Below are positions 38,110-48,241 of a stretch of DNA of 64,000 nucleotides, piece after piece. The position numbers were made by a program, and so were the translations under genes. This DNA comes from an uncultured Fibrobacterota bacterium. Its GTDB lineage: Bacteria; Fibrobacterota; Chitinivibrionia; Chitinivibrionales; WJKA01. Location of the stretch: assembly GCA_964571815.1 (NCBI GenBank), contig CAZNDN010000002.1, positions 4,246-68,245 of the forward strand, given 5' to 3'. The stretch's first letter is position 1, and each line of letters starts with the position of its first letter. The notes under the pieces were generated by a model, which was not told the DNA's origin, ran no database searches, and worked only from the letters and a program-made list of their open reading frames with translations.

Positions 38110-40626
38110 GTGAAACGAAGGAAGCCGACCCGTCGGCATTCGCACCGCCGGCTGCCCTCCTCCGCTTCTCTTGTGAGACGCATGAGTCTGCGTGAAAAGG
38201 TTTTCCTTCTTTCGGGCAAAGATGCCTGGAGTACGATGCCCGTCGCATCCCGCGGGCTTCCTTCGATTGCCATGGCCGACGGTCCCCACGGTGTGCGTCG
38301 CGTCAGACCGGACGCCTTCGCCGACGTCGGCCCGGGAACCGCCTTCCCTACCGGCACCGCCATGGCGGCAACCTGGAATCTCGAACTGATTCACAAGACC
38401 GGCCGTGCCCTGGGAAGAGAGACCCGCGAACGCGGATTTGATGTGCTCCTGGGCCCGTGCGTCAATATCATTCGTACTCCAGTGGCGGGCCGGACTTTTG
38501 AGTCGTTTTCGGAGGACCCCCACCTGGCGGGGACGATCGGGTCCGCCTGGGTCGACGGACTGCAGTCGGCGGGAATCGGAGCGGCCCTGAAACACTTCGC
38601 CTGCAATAACCAGGAACGAAACCGGGGCTACGTGGACGTTCTGGTTGACGAAAGAGCCCTGCGTGAGATTTACCTTCCCGCTTTTGAACGAATCGTCACT
38701 GAAAGCCGTCCGTGGACGGTCATGTGCGCCTACAATCGGGTGAATGGCATACATATGTGCGCCAACCGGTATCTGCTCAACGATGTGCTCAGGGGTGAGT
38801 GGGGTTTCGACGGAGTAGTGATGTCCGATTGGGGCGCCAATCATCGAAGCGCCGAGTCGCTCCTGGCCGGACTCGATCTGGAAATGCCCGGGCCCCCGCG
38901 GTGGTACGGAGAACTCCTTCTGGATATGGTTCACAACCTCTACGCGCAAGTGGGCGACGTCGACCGGGCGGCCCGGCGACTGTGTGAGCTTGTTCGCAAG
39001 GCCGAGGCCGGGGCCGGCCGAAAGGCGCGCGTGGACGCCAATCGGCACCGGTCACTGGCGCGTGAGGTGGCCGGCGAAGCGATGGTGCTGCTGAAAAACG
39101 ACCGCTCGGTACTTCCTCTGGATCCCTCCCGCCTCACAACGCTTGCCGTACTTGGGCCGGCGGCCGCCGACGTGCAAATTTCGGGAGGAGGCAGCTCACG
39201 GGTCGAGCCGGCCTCGTTCGTCACGCCGCTGGAAGGGATCACTCGGGCGCTCAACGGCACTGTCGAGATTCTCCATGAAAAGGGATGCGACAATCGAGCC
39301 TGGTACGAGCCCGTTGATGTCGCCCACCTCAAACATCCCACGACGGGGGAACCGGGTCTGAAGGCCGAGTACTTTTCCGATACTTCCTTTCGGCGCCCTC
39401 CAACTGCCGTCCGCACCGACTCATTCTCAGACCTTTTCTTCGAATGGATACCTTTGCCGGAAGGCATAGACGCCGGCGCCGGCTTCGCCGTCAGGTGGAC
39501 AGCCACGTTCGTTGCGCCTTTTACCGGACCGGCCGTCTTCGGTATCAGCCACACCGGCCGGAGTCGTCTGGTGCTGGACGGTAGGCAGGTGCTTTCCTGC
39601 CGCGCGGAAGCCCCCCGGGGCACCGAACCGCTGTACGCCGAAGCGTCGTACCGCACGAGGCTGCGAAAAGGAAAGACATACCGGCTTGTCTGGGAATTCA
39701 TCAGACCTGCCGCTCACCCGATCGGCCACGCACGTCTGCTCTTCGGGCCACCGCTCGACACCTCGCCGGAACCGACTCTCAAACGCGCTCTCTCCGTTGC
39801 GCGAAAGGCGGATGCCGTCGTGGTTGTTGCCGGCTTTCCCGCCGATTTCGAGACCGAGGGAAACGACCATCGTACCAACCTTTCGCTTACGGGCTTTCAA
39901 GACCGGCTGATCGAGACGGTAGCGGACGCCAACAGGAACACGGTCGTGGTACTCAATACCGGCGGACCGATCTCCATGCCCTGGATTGAGCACGTGCCCG
40001 CGGTCCTCCAGGCATGGTATGCCGGCCAGGAAATGGGCGCGGCCCTTGCCGACATTCTTTTCGGAACGACTAACCCCTCCGGGAAACTGCCCATGAGCTT
40101 CCCGGCGCGAATCGAAGACACGACGGCGTATACGAACTACCCCGGTACACGCCACCAGGTTCGATACGGTGAAGGGATCTTCGTGGGGTACCGGGGGTAT
40201 GATATGCGTCGGACGGAGGTGTTGTTTCCGTTCGGCCACGGGCTTTCCTACACGCATTTTACCTACCGGAACGTGTCGGCAAAGGTAACATCGGCTTCCG
40301 GCAAGAGCAACAGCCGAAAGCGTCAGGTGACACTGACGGTGACTGTGAGCAACGCCGGGACATGCGGGGGAGCCGAAGTGGTTCAGGTCTATGTCCGTGA
40401 CTGCCGTTGTTCGGTAGCGCGGCCCGTGAAAGAGCTGAAGGCTTTCCGGAAACTGACACTGGAAGCCGGACAGTCCGCGGAGCTGAGCTTTGAACTCGGC
40501 GGGCGAGACTTCATGTTCTTCGACCCCCACCGGCGTCAATGGACGTTTGAGCCGGGAGCATTCGAACTGCTTGTGGGAAGCTCGTCACGGGATATCAGAA
40601 AGATTACCGGAGTGGAACTTATGTAA
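38110..40626 (+). CDS. GH3 beta-glucosidase with PA14 and FnIII domains
   Basis: DGPHG, GR.FESFSEDP, LKHFACNNQE, VMSDW, PA14 insert, YGEGIFVGYR, ELKAFRK. Confidence 0.95.
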   Translation: MKRRKPTRRHSHRRLPSSASLVRRMSLREKVFLLSGKDAWSTMPVASRGLPSIAMADGPHGVRRVRPDAFADVGPGTAFPTGTAMAATWNLELIHKTGRALGRETRERGFDVLLGPCVNIIRTPVAGRTFESFSEDPHLAGTIGSAWVDGLQSAGIGAALKHFACNNQERNRGYVDVLVDERALREIYLPAFERIVTESRPWTVMCAYNRVNGIHMCANRYLLNDVLRGEWGFDGVVMSDWGANHRSAESLLAGLDLEMPGPPRWYGELLLDMVHNLYAQVGDVDRAARRLCELVRKAEAGAGRKARVDANRHRSLAREVAGEAMVLLKNDRSVLPLDPSRLTTLAVLGPAAADVQISGGGSSRVEPASFVTPLEGITRALNGTVEILHEKGCDNRAWYEPVDVAHLKHPTTGEPGLKAEYFSDTSFRRPPTAVRTDSFSDLFFEWIPLPEGIDAGAGFAVRWTATFVAPFTGPAVFGISHTGRSRLVLDGRQVLSCRAEAPRGTEPLYAEASYRTRLRKGKTYRLVWEFIRPAAHPIGHARLLFGPPLDTSPEPTLKRALSVARKADAVVVVAGFPADFETEGNDHRTNLSLTGFQDRLIETVADANRNTVVVLNTGGPISMPWIEHVPAVLQAWYAGQEMGAALADILFGTTNPSGKLPMSFPARIEDTTAYTNYPGTRHQVRYGEGIFVGYRGYDMRRTEVLFPFGHGLSYTHFTYRNVSAKVTSASGKSNSRKRQVTLTVTVSNAGTCGGAEVVQVYVRDCRCSVARPVKELKAFRKLTLEAGQSAELSFELGGRDFMFFDPHRRQWTFEPGAFELLVGSSSRDIRKITGVELM

Positions 40627-40663
40627 CACCGGGAGGGGTCGGCGCGAAGCGCCTCCGGTGCTC

Positions 40664-41059
40664 TCAGGGTATATCGACTCCCGCGGATTCCAGGACGGCC
40701 TTGTTTCGAGGGTGGCCCGCATGAACCAGAATCCACCGGTACTCTTCGTACCCTCCGGACAGTCCGGCACGCACGCAGATTTCATCCTGGGCCTGCATGA
40801 ATTCTTCCTGGTACTTCAATCGCGCAGCCGCATCTTCGGTCTTGAATGAGTCCTGATAAAGATACGCAAGGGAATCCAGGAGCGGATTGCAGGCAATCCA
40901 TCCGCGCATCTGGGCTACCGACACGCTGGAATCGGCGGGTGCCACGAACTCAACCTTCTTCTCGTCACCGGCAGAGTCGGATTTTTCCGCTTCCTTGCCC
41001 TTACCACACTGAAGGAGAAGGGCGCTACTCAGCAGCACGAACGCAATAGTTTTTCGCAC
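40664..41059 (-). CDS. Hypothetical lipoprotein
   Basis: GTG start 41059, hydrophobic stretch ending in LLLQC. Confidence 0.65.
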   Translation of the reverse strand: MRKTIAFVLLSSALLLQCGKGKEAEKSDSAGDEKKVEFVAPADSSVSVAQMRGWIACNPLLDSLAYLYQDSFKTEDAAARLKYQEEFMQAQDEICVRAGLSGGYEEYRWILVHAGHPRNKAVLESAGVDIP

Positions 41060-41277
41060 GTTTCTTGCTCCATTTTCAAGGCCAACACATACCGTTGTTC
41101 GATATCCGGAGATTTCCCGGCCCTCCTCCATGCGCCCCCCCCGAACGAGTGTCGGGTAGATCGGTTTCGGCAGGGCACGACTTAAAAGTAAATTGTATAT
41201 AGAGGAATGTCAATGTGCAAACGTGATTTCAGCTCACCGCATCCGAATTTCGGAAGGCTTACCGGCACATACCCATC

Positions 41278-42063
41278 ATGACCGCGGCAAGGCCAAAACT
41301 GGGGCAACATTTCCTCACTGCGCCGTCGTACGCAAAAAGGATCGCCGAGTCGATTCCGGCGGGCCCGGGGGAGAGAGTTCTGGAAATCGGGGCCGGAACC
41401 GGAGCGCTCAGCATATATATTCAATCACGTTTTCCGGATTTCCACCTCGTCGAGCTGGACCGCAATCTTATCACACGGCTTCGGAAAAAGCTGGGGAAGG
41501 GATCGTGGACGCTGCACGCGGCCGATGTACTGAAATTGGATTTCTCGGAGATCGGCTTTCCCCTCCACGTGGCAGGCAACCTCCCCTACGGCCTGACCGG
41601 AGCGATCGTACGAAAGACCCTGATGTACGGCAGCGCAATCGCTTCATGCACGTTTATGGTACAACGGGAAGTTGCGCAGAGGATCACAGGCGGATTCGGC
41701 ACCCGGAGCTGTGGGTTCCTTACCGTTTTCTGCAACTACTTCGGCGTACCTCGAATCCTTTTCCACGTCCCCCCTGGAGCGTTTTTCCCCCCGCCCAAAG
41801 TACGTTCTTCGGTGTTCCGGATCGTCATCCAACCGGAGTTCGCGGCCAGGCTTCCACGGGCTCAGTGGGAAGATTTCTTCGGTTTCGTCAGCACGGGGTT
41901 CATGCAACGAAGGAAGAAACTCGTGAAAGCGCTTGGAGGAAGAGTCGATACGAAACGATGTGTTGAGGCATTACAGGTGGCGGGGCTCGATGAATCGGTG
42001 CGGGCCGAACGGCTCACAACGGAGCAATGGGTTGAGATTTACAGGATGGTGCACGGTGCATAA
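41278..42063 (+). CDS. rsmA: 16S rRNA m6,2A dimethyltransferase
   Basis: LGQHFL, LEIGAGTGAL, AGNLPY, MVQREVA, FFPPPKV.S, RRK, RAE.L. Confidence 0.95.
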   Translation: MTAARPKLGQHFLTAPSYAKRIAESIPAGPGERVLEIGAGTGALSIYIQSRFPDFHLVELDRNLITRLRKKLGKGSWTLHAADVLKLDFSEIGFPLHVAGNLPYGLTGAIVRKTLMYGSAIASCTFMVQREVAQRITGGFGTRSCGFLTVFCNYFGVPRILFHVPPGAFFPPPKVRSSVFRIVIQPEFAARLPRAQWEDFFGFVSTGFMQRRKKLVKALGGRVDTKRCVEALQVAGLDESVRAERLTTEQWVEIYRMVHGA

Positions 42064-44089
42064 GGCGTTCGTGGTAGCCGGCTGGGTCGCCGTTTCGTTG
42101 CCGGCCCAGGTCAACATCTGGCCCGCCGCGCTTCAGAAGCCTCCCGCCCGCCTCCCGCCCGATTCCTCAGGCCTGCTGCTCACGGGCGACCAACGCTTCT
42201 ACAGGACAACTCTTGACAGTCGCGACAGCCTCACCGTGCATCTTGACGATTCCCTGAACCGGCTGCACCAGAAGGCCTCCTACAGACTGTCCCGCGACGC
42301 CCTGATCGGAATCGACAATCATTTCGTCGACCTCTCGGGATCGTATCAACGTGTGGGCGGGGGTACGAGGCTGTTTGATCCCGGTTTCAAATGGGCGCCC
42401 CTCCTGGTAGTGGACAACCAGGGAAACTCCCGCTCTCTTGAAACGTTGGTAGATGCCGGGCCGACGCTGGCCGTGCACCCCCGGGGTGTCCCCGTGGAGT
42501 TGCAGGGGGGGATTTCGGGTCGTCTGTGGGACCCCGACCTGAAGCGCCGCGAGCGGCACAGTCACGTCGGCGGCTTCGCCGGTGTGTCGATGCAGGGGGA
42601 ACGAGGCCTCGGGGATTTGCCGGTGTATCTGAGGTCACGTGCCTTCACCCGCCGTATCGACACCTCCAATGTCGGTTCCCTCTCCGGCTCCGTTCTGGCC
42701 GGTTACGATATCTCCACCGGAGACAGCCTTCTGGTGTACGTCTCCGATTCGCTGCTCGACGGCAGGAGTGCTTTTCAAGGCGACAGCAGGCAGGGGGGAC
42801 GCTATCTGAATGTCCCGCGTAGAATGGTCAACTCCCTGCACGTGCTTGCCGCATTGAAAGGTGCTCGACGGCTCGGTTTTACACCGGCCGCGACCTACTC
42901 GTTCTCACGCCGGACTCTCAGATACCTCAGAGACGGCAGTCACCTGAGCGACAGAAGAAACACGGAGAACGCGGCGAATCTGTACCTGCTCAGCGACACC
43001 ACCCGGACGGTGTCGCTTCGAAGCGGCATTCGCTTCGGATTCGAACGTGACGATCGTCTGTACACGATGTCGGTCGACGATGTGCTCAGGGAAGACAAGA
43101 GCAACGCCGACACACTCCGGGTCAACCAGAAAGACTATCAGGGATACAAAGTGCGCACCGACAACCGGTTGGAGCTTCGACTTCCCGGAGGAACGGCCGC
43201 GGCATATTCTCTGTTGTTGTCCCGGTATTCGCGACGGTATCCCTTTGTCTATTTTGCCGACGAGGAATACCGGGATTCCGTTACGAGTACCGATGATGAC
43301 CACTGGCTTGAGCAGCAGCACCGGCTCGACCTGACCCTTGTTGATCGGGGGGCGTGGGAGTTGGGAGCCGAAGCCGAGATCACACGGAACCATCTGATCA
43401 ATCTCGATGCCGCCCGGAGCATCAATAACGCCGTCAGCAGGTTCTACCGGCTCGGAATCTCCACATCATGCTCTCTGTCGACCGAATTTCGCGTCCGGCA
43501 CAGTCTGCGCGGTGATGTTGCGCGAACGGAGTATGATTTCAAGGAGAAGAATCACTACAACTTTCCACCTTACTCACGTACGTTCAGTTCAAAACTCGAT
43601 CTGGAGTTCGTCCCCCGGGGCCCGTTGCGCTTGAGAAGTGTGTGGACGGAGACGTATCTTGATGATGGATATCGGTTCTCGTCGGCGTACATCGATCCGG
43701 CGCTGACCAACGACTCCAGCCTCATTACCCGCGGCTCCTTCTATGCGATTGAACGCGAGTCCCGGATACACGAGCTGCGACTGGAATCGTTCGTGACGCT
43801 TCCACGAAATGTCGAGTTCGGCATGGGAGGATACCTTCAAAACAGCCGTCACCTGCAGTGGGACGGAAGTGAAAGTGGATTTGTACGGCGCGACCGGGAC
43901 ACGGAGTACCGACTCATTCCATTCGTAGAGCTGACATTCCTCGGCCGAACCGGTATTCTCCTGACGGCGCGAGCCGCGCGCAGCTATACCGGAAGCGCCG
44001 TGTGGTTCCGGCAGTGGCACAGGGGCGTAGCGCCGGCCGAGGCTTTCTGGGATCTCAAGCTGACGGCACGGGCCGGAATCCCCCTGTAG
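42056..44089 (+). CDS. Hypothetical outer-membrane beta-rich protein
   Basis: Signal-like N-terminus from GTG 42056; about 675 aa of alternating amphipathic strands ending WDLKLTARAGIPL. Confidence 0.6.
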   Translation: MHKAFVVAGWVAVSLPAQVNIWPAALQKPPARLPPDSSGLLLTGDQRFYRTTLDSRDSLTVHLDDSLNRLHQKASYRLSRDALIGIDNHFVDLSGSYQRVGGGTRLFDPGFKWAPLLVVDNQGNSRSLETLVDAGPTLAVHPRGVPVELQGGISGRLWDPDLKRRERHSHVGGFAGVSMQGERGLGDLPVYLRSRAFTRRIDTSNVGSLSGSVLAGYDISTGDSLLVYVSDSLLDGRSAFQGDSRQGGRYLNVPRRMVNSLHVLAALKGARRLGFTPAATYSFSRRTLRYLRDGSHLSDRRNTENAANLYLLSDTTRTVSLRSGIRFGFERDDRLYTMSVDDVLREDKSNADTLRVNQKDYQGYKVRTDNRLELRLPGGTAAAYSLLLSRYSRRYPFVYFADEEYRDSVTSTDDDHWLEQQHRLDLTLVDRGAWELGAEAEITRNHLINLDAARSINNAVSRFYRLGISTSCSLSTEFRVRHSLRGDVARTEYDFKEKNHYNFPPYSRTFSSKLDLEFVPRGPLRLRSVWTETYLDDGYRFSSAYIDPALTNDSSLITRGSFYAIERESRIHELRLESFVTLPRNVEFGMGGYLQNSRHLQWDGSESGFVRRDRDTEYRLIPFVELTFLGRTGILLTARAARSYTGSAVWFRQWHRGVAPAEAFWDLKLTARAGIPL

Positions 44090-44120
44090 CGGAAAAGGCG
44101 TCGGCCGGAAGGGAATTACT

Positions 44121-44699
44121 GTGAAAATCCGTCGGTATTGGATACCAATTATGCTGCTGGGGAGCTTCTCCTGCGGCGTGTTCGTTCCTCGAGACAAAGC
44201 CGAGCCCCCCTCGGCCCCGGTGCAGGAAAACCCCTTCGACTTTGCTTCCATCTTCCGCCGGGAGCAGATCGGAGACAACGTGAGCAACCTCACTTATGAG
44301 GACTACTTCCATGATGATTTTGTCTACGAGGACAATTCCGCAAACACCTATTCGGGGGAGGAAATCGTTGACCGGCTCGACCTCATTGTGTCCCGCTTCC
44401 CTTCGGAACAGTACCGGGTTGCGGTAAAGTGGGCATACTATTCAAACGTGGAGGAACCGACGGTCTTCAATGTGTCGGATACCATAACGTTGTACAGAAA
44501 GTATTACGTGGTGGTCGATTCCATCGGAGAAGACACCACGACCCTTCTCGGAGACACCGGCACGTGTCAACTGCGTGTAATCCACTCGCGTAAGGTCAAT
44601 GCGTGGACCCTGTATCGTTGGAAGGACGGCGCCGATATCGGCTTCTTTCATCCCCTGTTTGACGATTCCCGGCGCCGCGACTCGGGGGATGAGAAGTGA
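44121..44699 (+). CDS. Hypothetical lipoprotein
   Basis: Lipobox-like GSFSC followed by GVFVPRDKAEPP. Confidence 0.7.
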   Translation: MKIRRYWIPIMLLGSFSCGVFVPRDKAEPPSAPVQENPFDFASIFRREQIGDNVSNLTYEDYFHDDFVYEDNSANTYSGEEIVDRLDLIVSRFPSEQYRVAVKWAYYSNVEEPTVFNVSDTITLYRKYYVVVDSIGEDTTTLLGDTGTCQLRVIHSRKVNAWTLYRWKDGADIGFFHPLFDDSRRRDSGDEK

Positions 44700-45412
44700 G
44701 AAGAAGAAAGACCGAAAGAATCGTCCGGGGGCTCAAGCGTAAGCTCTGCGTGACGGCGGTCCTTGGACTCGCGGTATCGTGCGAAAACCCGTTCTTTCCG
44801 CCGACGGCCGATCCGGTGGGGAACAAGGGGCTGAAACGCTCTACCCCCCGGGGCGTGGTTGAACAGTTGATTCGGGCGTACGAGACGATGCAGTTTGAAC
44901 TGTTCAAAGATGTTTTTGCTCCCGATTCGGTCGACAGGGAATTCCGGTTTTACGTTGCACCCGGTTTCGCTCTCGAAAAGCTGGGCAGAGGAGAGAAGCT
45001 GTCCAGCGAAGATATCAGGCAAGACGAACTCGCCTTTGTAGATCCGGGCACCTATCACTACTGGAACCTCGACGGAGAGCTGGCTCGGCACGAACGCCTT
45101 TTTTCCCGGGTATCGGACATTCGATTCACCGCGCGCCCCGTTGACGACAGTATTGTTTATACCGTATCCACAACCGTTGAGACTCTGGGCACCGGTATCG
45201 GCTCCGGAGACACCACCTATTACATCTGGGAGAAACGCGACACAACCCGCGTTGAGATCCTCGTGGAAGAGAGTCGGATGAGTATCGACCATACCAGTTG
45301 GAGCCGCCCCATGGAATTCGAGCTCGGCCCCCAGGTATTCTGCTTGAGCCGCGACCCGAACGAGCCGGAATTGTGGGTTGTTCATCGATGGTTCGACTTG
45401 GGTGGGGAGTGA
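44696..45412 (+). CDS. Hypothetical lipoprotein
   Basis: Basic N-terminus, lipobox-like LAVSC followed by ENPFFPP; ends WVVHRWFDL. Confidence 0.7.
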   Translation: MRRRKTERIVRGLKRKLCVTAVLGLAVSCENPFFPPTADPVGNKGLKRSTPRGVVEQLIRAYETMQFELFKDVFAPDSVDREFRFYVAPGFALEKLGRGEKLSSEDIRQDELAFVDPGTYHYWNLDGELARHERLFSRVSDIRFTARPVDDSIVYTVSTTVETLGTGIGSGDTTYYIWEKRDTTRVEILVEESRMSIDHTSWSRPMEFELGPQVFCLSRDPNEPELWVVHRWFDLGGE

Positions 45413-45460
45413 AAGACCGGCGAAGGCGGCCGACGAGCGCTCTCGCGGCGCGGGAACCTC

Positions 45461-47020
45461 TCAGACGCCGGATCTCTGTTTGAACTCACCGACAAACGAT
45501 ATGACGGCCCGGGCCGGCTTGCGCAGTTTTCGCGGAAGTGTCCGCGCAACAAACCGCATCAGCGTGTAATCTTCGTCCTCCAACGTTCCTAATACAAATG
45601 CCGACAGGAGGTAGGTCACGGCGCCGGCCGATCCCGAGAGCAGGAAGCCCGCCGGACCATGAAGCTGGGAGAGAATGGAGAGTATGACCGAGGCCATGAT
45701 GATGGTAGCCAGGACAATCTTTGAAAGCGAGACAATCGGATACTTCAGTTTCATGGTTTTGCACGTATAGAAAAGCCCTCCCACCGAACCGAGTACCGTC
45801 GTAACGGCGTAGCAGGATGCCGCGCCTACCGCACCGAAAGGTTTGATGAAAATGAGGTCGAGAACAATGTTGACGATTGCCAGAACAGCGCCGTATTTGT
45901 AGATAAATCCCTGGTGCTCGTAGCCATAGAGGATAGCGGAGGCGGGATTGGAGAGGCTTGTCAAAATAGCGGCCAGGAACATGATTTGAAGCACGCGCTG
46001 GGCGCCCACGTAGTCGTGACCGTAGAGAAAGTGCACGATCTCATAGGAAAGAATAGCGCCGGCAACCCCTACCGGAAATGATATGAATGCCAGGTAGCGA
46101 GTCGAAACGAAAAAGACCCGTTTCATCTTGTCGCGATCGCCGGACCCGAAGTAGTGCGACATCGCGGGGAAGAGTACGCGCCAGAATGTAGTGGGAAGCA
46201 CCGACATGATTCGCTGTGCAATATTGACACCGAGATTGTAGTATGCCACCTCGGTTGAAGGACAGAAGCGGCCGAGGAAGAAATTCTCGCTCTTGTCCCA
46301 GACGACTTTGTCGCAGATGAGAATGGCCATCACGCCGGCATTGTACTTGTGTATGCGCCGACGCAGAGACTCTCCCGCCGGCCTCCGTTCACCGGAGAAG
46401 AACCCTTCTCGTCGAAGGACTCCGTAGTAGAACAGTGCATTGGCGAAGGAAAACACCAGCATCACCACGAGGATCCCGTCAATACCCCATCCGCGGAGAA
46501 GGACTACCACTTTTGCCAGAAACGAGAGAGGTGAGAGGGTGAGACTCGCGATCGTGAAATACTCGAACTTCTGAATACCCTCGATGGCCGCCGAAAAAAT
46601 GGCCGTTACGACACCGGGCAGCAAACCCAGGAAAGCCAGGAGAAAGTAGAAAGACTCTTGCGGCGAGAAGAAGAAGTCGGCAATGCCGGTCCGAAAGAAA
46701 ACAAGAATGACGGTCACCACCGCGGTGAGGACGAATTCAATCTTGAGAACAAACAGTACGATCGGCGTTAACTCGTCGACCTCACCCTTGCCTTTGTGTT
46801 CGGCGACGAATTTGGTCACCGCGTGTATCAGCCCCATTCCCAGCGCCCACGAGAAGGTCCCGGTGAACCAGAGAATGAGCGTGAATACTCCGTAGTTGGA
46901 GGGGCCGAGTTGACGAGCGACCCATACCGAAATCACCCACGTCATGATCAGCATGAACATGGTATTGAACAGATTCAACAGCGAGTTCTTGATCAGTTTT
47001 CTGCCATGGACTATTTGCAT
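45461..47020 (-). CDS. Polysaccharide flippase (Wzx/MATE-like)
   Basis: ARQLGPSNYG, many TM helices, VAYYNLG, KPFGAVGAA. Confidence 0.9.
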   Translation of the reverse strand: MQIVHGRKLIKNSLLNLFNTMFMLIMTWVISVWVARQLGPSNYGVFTLILWFTGTFSWALGMGLIHAVTKFVAEHKGKGEVDELTPIVLFVLKIEFVLTAVVTVILVFFRTGIADFFFSPQESFYFLLAFLGLLPGVVTAIFSAAIEGIQKFEYFTIASLTLSPLSFLAKVVVLLRGWGIDGILVVMLVFSFANALFYYGVLRREGFFSGERRPAGESLRRRIHKYNAGVMAILICDKVVWDKSENFFLGRFCPSTEVAYYNLGVNIAQRIMSVLPTTFWRVLFPAMSHYFGSGDRDKMKRVFFVSTRYLAFISFPVGVAGAILSYEIVHFLYGHDYVGAQRVLQIMFLAAILTSLSNPASAILYGYEHQGFIYKYGAVLAIVNIVLDLIFIKPFGAVGAASCYAVTTVLGSVGGLFYTCKTMKLKYPIVSLSKIVLATIIMASVILSILSQLHGPAGFLLSGSAGAVTYLLSAFVLGTLEDEDYTLMRFVARTLPRKLRKPARAVISFVGEFKQRSGV

Positions 47021-47023
47021 CGC

Positions 47024-48241
47024 TTACCGCCCCGCCACGTTCCGATACCATCGACCGGCATGTCCGTACACAACCGTCGGATCACACAAGTCGTGCACCC
47101 GTATCCGCGCTTCCGAGCCGAGTCGCGAAACGAGACTCGCATCGTCAAGCAGCACTTCCAGCACGCGGGCCAGATCTTCACTGTCGCCGACCTCAAAGAG
47201 CATCCCCGAACGATTCTCTTCCAGTATCTCCGGATACCCTCCGCACCTCGCTGCTACCACCGCCAGTCCGCAGGCCATCGCTTCGAGGCAGGCATAGGAG
47301 AAATTCTCCCACAACGAGGGGAAGATCGCCAGCGAAGCCGAGCGCAGATAGCCTGAAACTTCGCTGCCGCTCACGCCGGGATTCCAGGTAACCGTTTCGG
47401 TGAGCCCGGCGCGGTTGATCCGGTTGCGGATGTAATCCCCGTATTCCATGCCGTCCGCCAGGCAGCCGTACGCCCGGCCCAGAAGCAGCAGCGGCGGCAG
47501 GGATCGTCGGCTGCGAAGCAACGCGTAAGATTCGAGAAGGAGGTGGACTCCCTTACGATGTTCGATACGGCCCACGTAAATCCACCCTCCTCCCCGCGTC
47601 GGTTCGAAATCCCCAACCGGAAGCGGATTGGGATACACCTCGACGTGCCCCAGAGACCACCTGCTGCGCAAATCCGCGGCCAGGGCGCGGGTCGGCGATG
47701 AAACCCCGAACGCTCGTCGTGCAGCCGACCGTTCGAGACGCCCCAGAAGAAAACGGTCCACGGGATGTTCAGGAATGCGGTCAAGTGTGCGCACGGTCTC
47801 CCAGGGAGTATGAAGTCTGACAACCGTCCCGGTAACACCGGCTCTGGTAAAAAAAAAGCCCTCGGCATTGCACTCCGGGAATTCAATCACGTCGAATTCC
47901 AGTCCCGATTGCCGCAGCCTGAGGTATTCACGGAAAGCCTCCCGCGCCCATGCAAGCTTCTCAAGCGTGCGCGGCATGACGTACCGGCACACGCGGCGCA
48001 GCGGATACCACATTCGCCCCCCGGGCAAGGGGAAAGTACCGGGCGGTATGCGGTGAATCCGGACGGCGCTATCCTCCCGGCCGTGGGCCCTTCCGTCGGC
48101 CGACCGGCAAATCACATCGACCTCATGACCTTCACTGCTGAAACAGCGTGCCGCATACGCCGTATAGGTGCCGATACCGCCAAAGCCCGTATCGGGTGGG
48201 TATTCATTGGAAACAAAAAGAATCCGCATAGAGGGCCTCAT
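47024..48241 (-). CDS. GT4 glycosyltransferase
   Basis: EYPPDTGFGGIGTY, YVGRIEHRKG, FPSLWENFSYACLEAMACG. Confidence 0.93.
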   Translation of the reverse strand: MRPSMRILFVSNEYPPDTGFGGIGTYTAYAARCFSSEGHEVDVICRSADGRAHGREDSAVRIHRIPPGTFPLPGGRMWYPLRRVCRYVMPRTLEKLAWAREAFREYLRLRQSGLEFDVIEFPECNAEGFFFTRAGVTGTVVRLHTPWETVRTLDRIPEHPVDRFLLGRLERSAARRAFGVSSPTRALAADLRSRWSLGHVEVYPNPLPVGDFEPTRGGGWIYVGRIEHRKGVHLLLESYALLRSRRSLPPLLLLGRAYGCLADGMEYGDYIRNRINRAGLTETVTWNPGVSGSEVSGYLRSASLAIFPSLWENFSYACLEAMACGLAVVAARCGGYPEILEENRSGMLFEVGDSEDLARVLEVLLDDASLVSRLGSEARIRVHDLCDPTVVYGHAGRWYRNVAGR

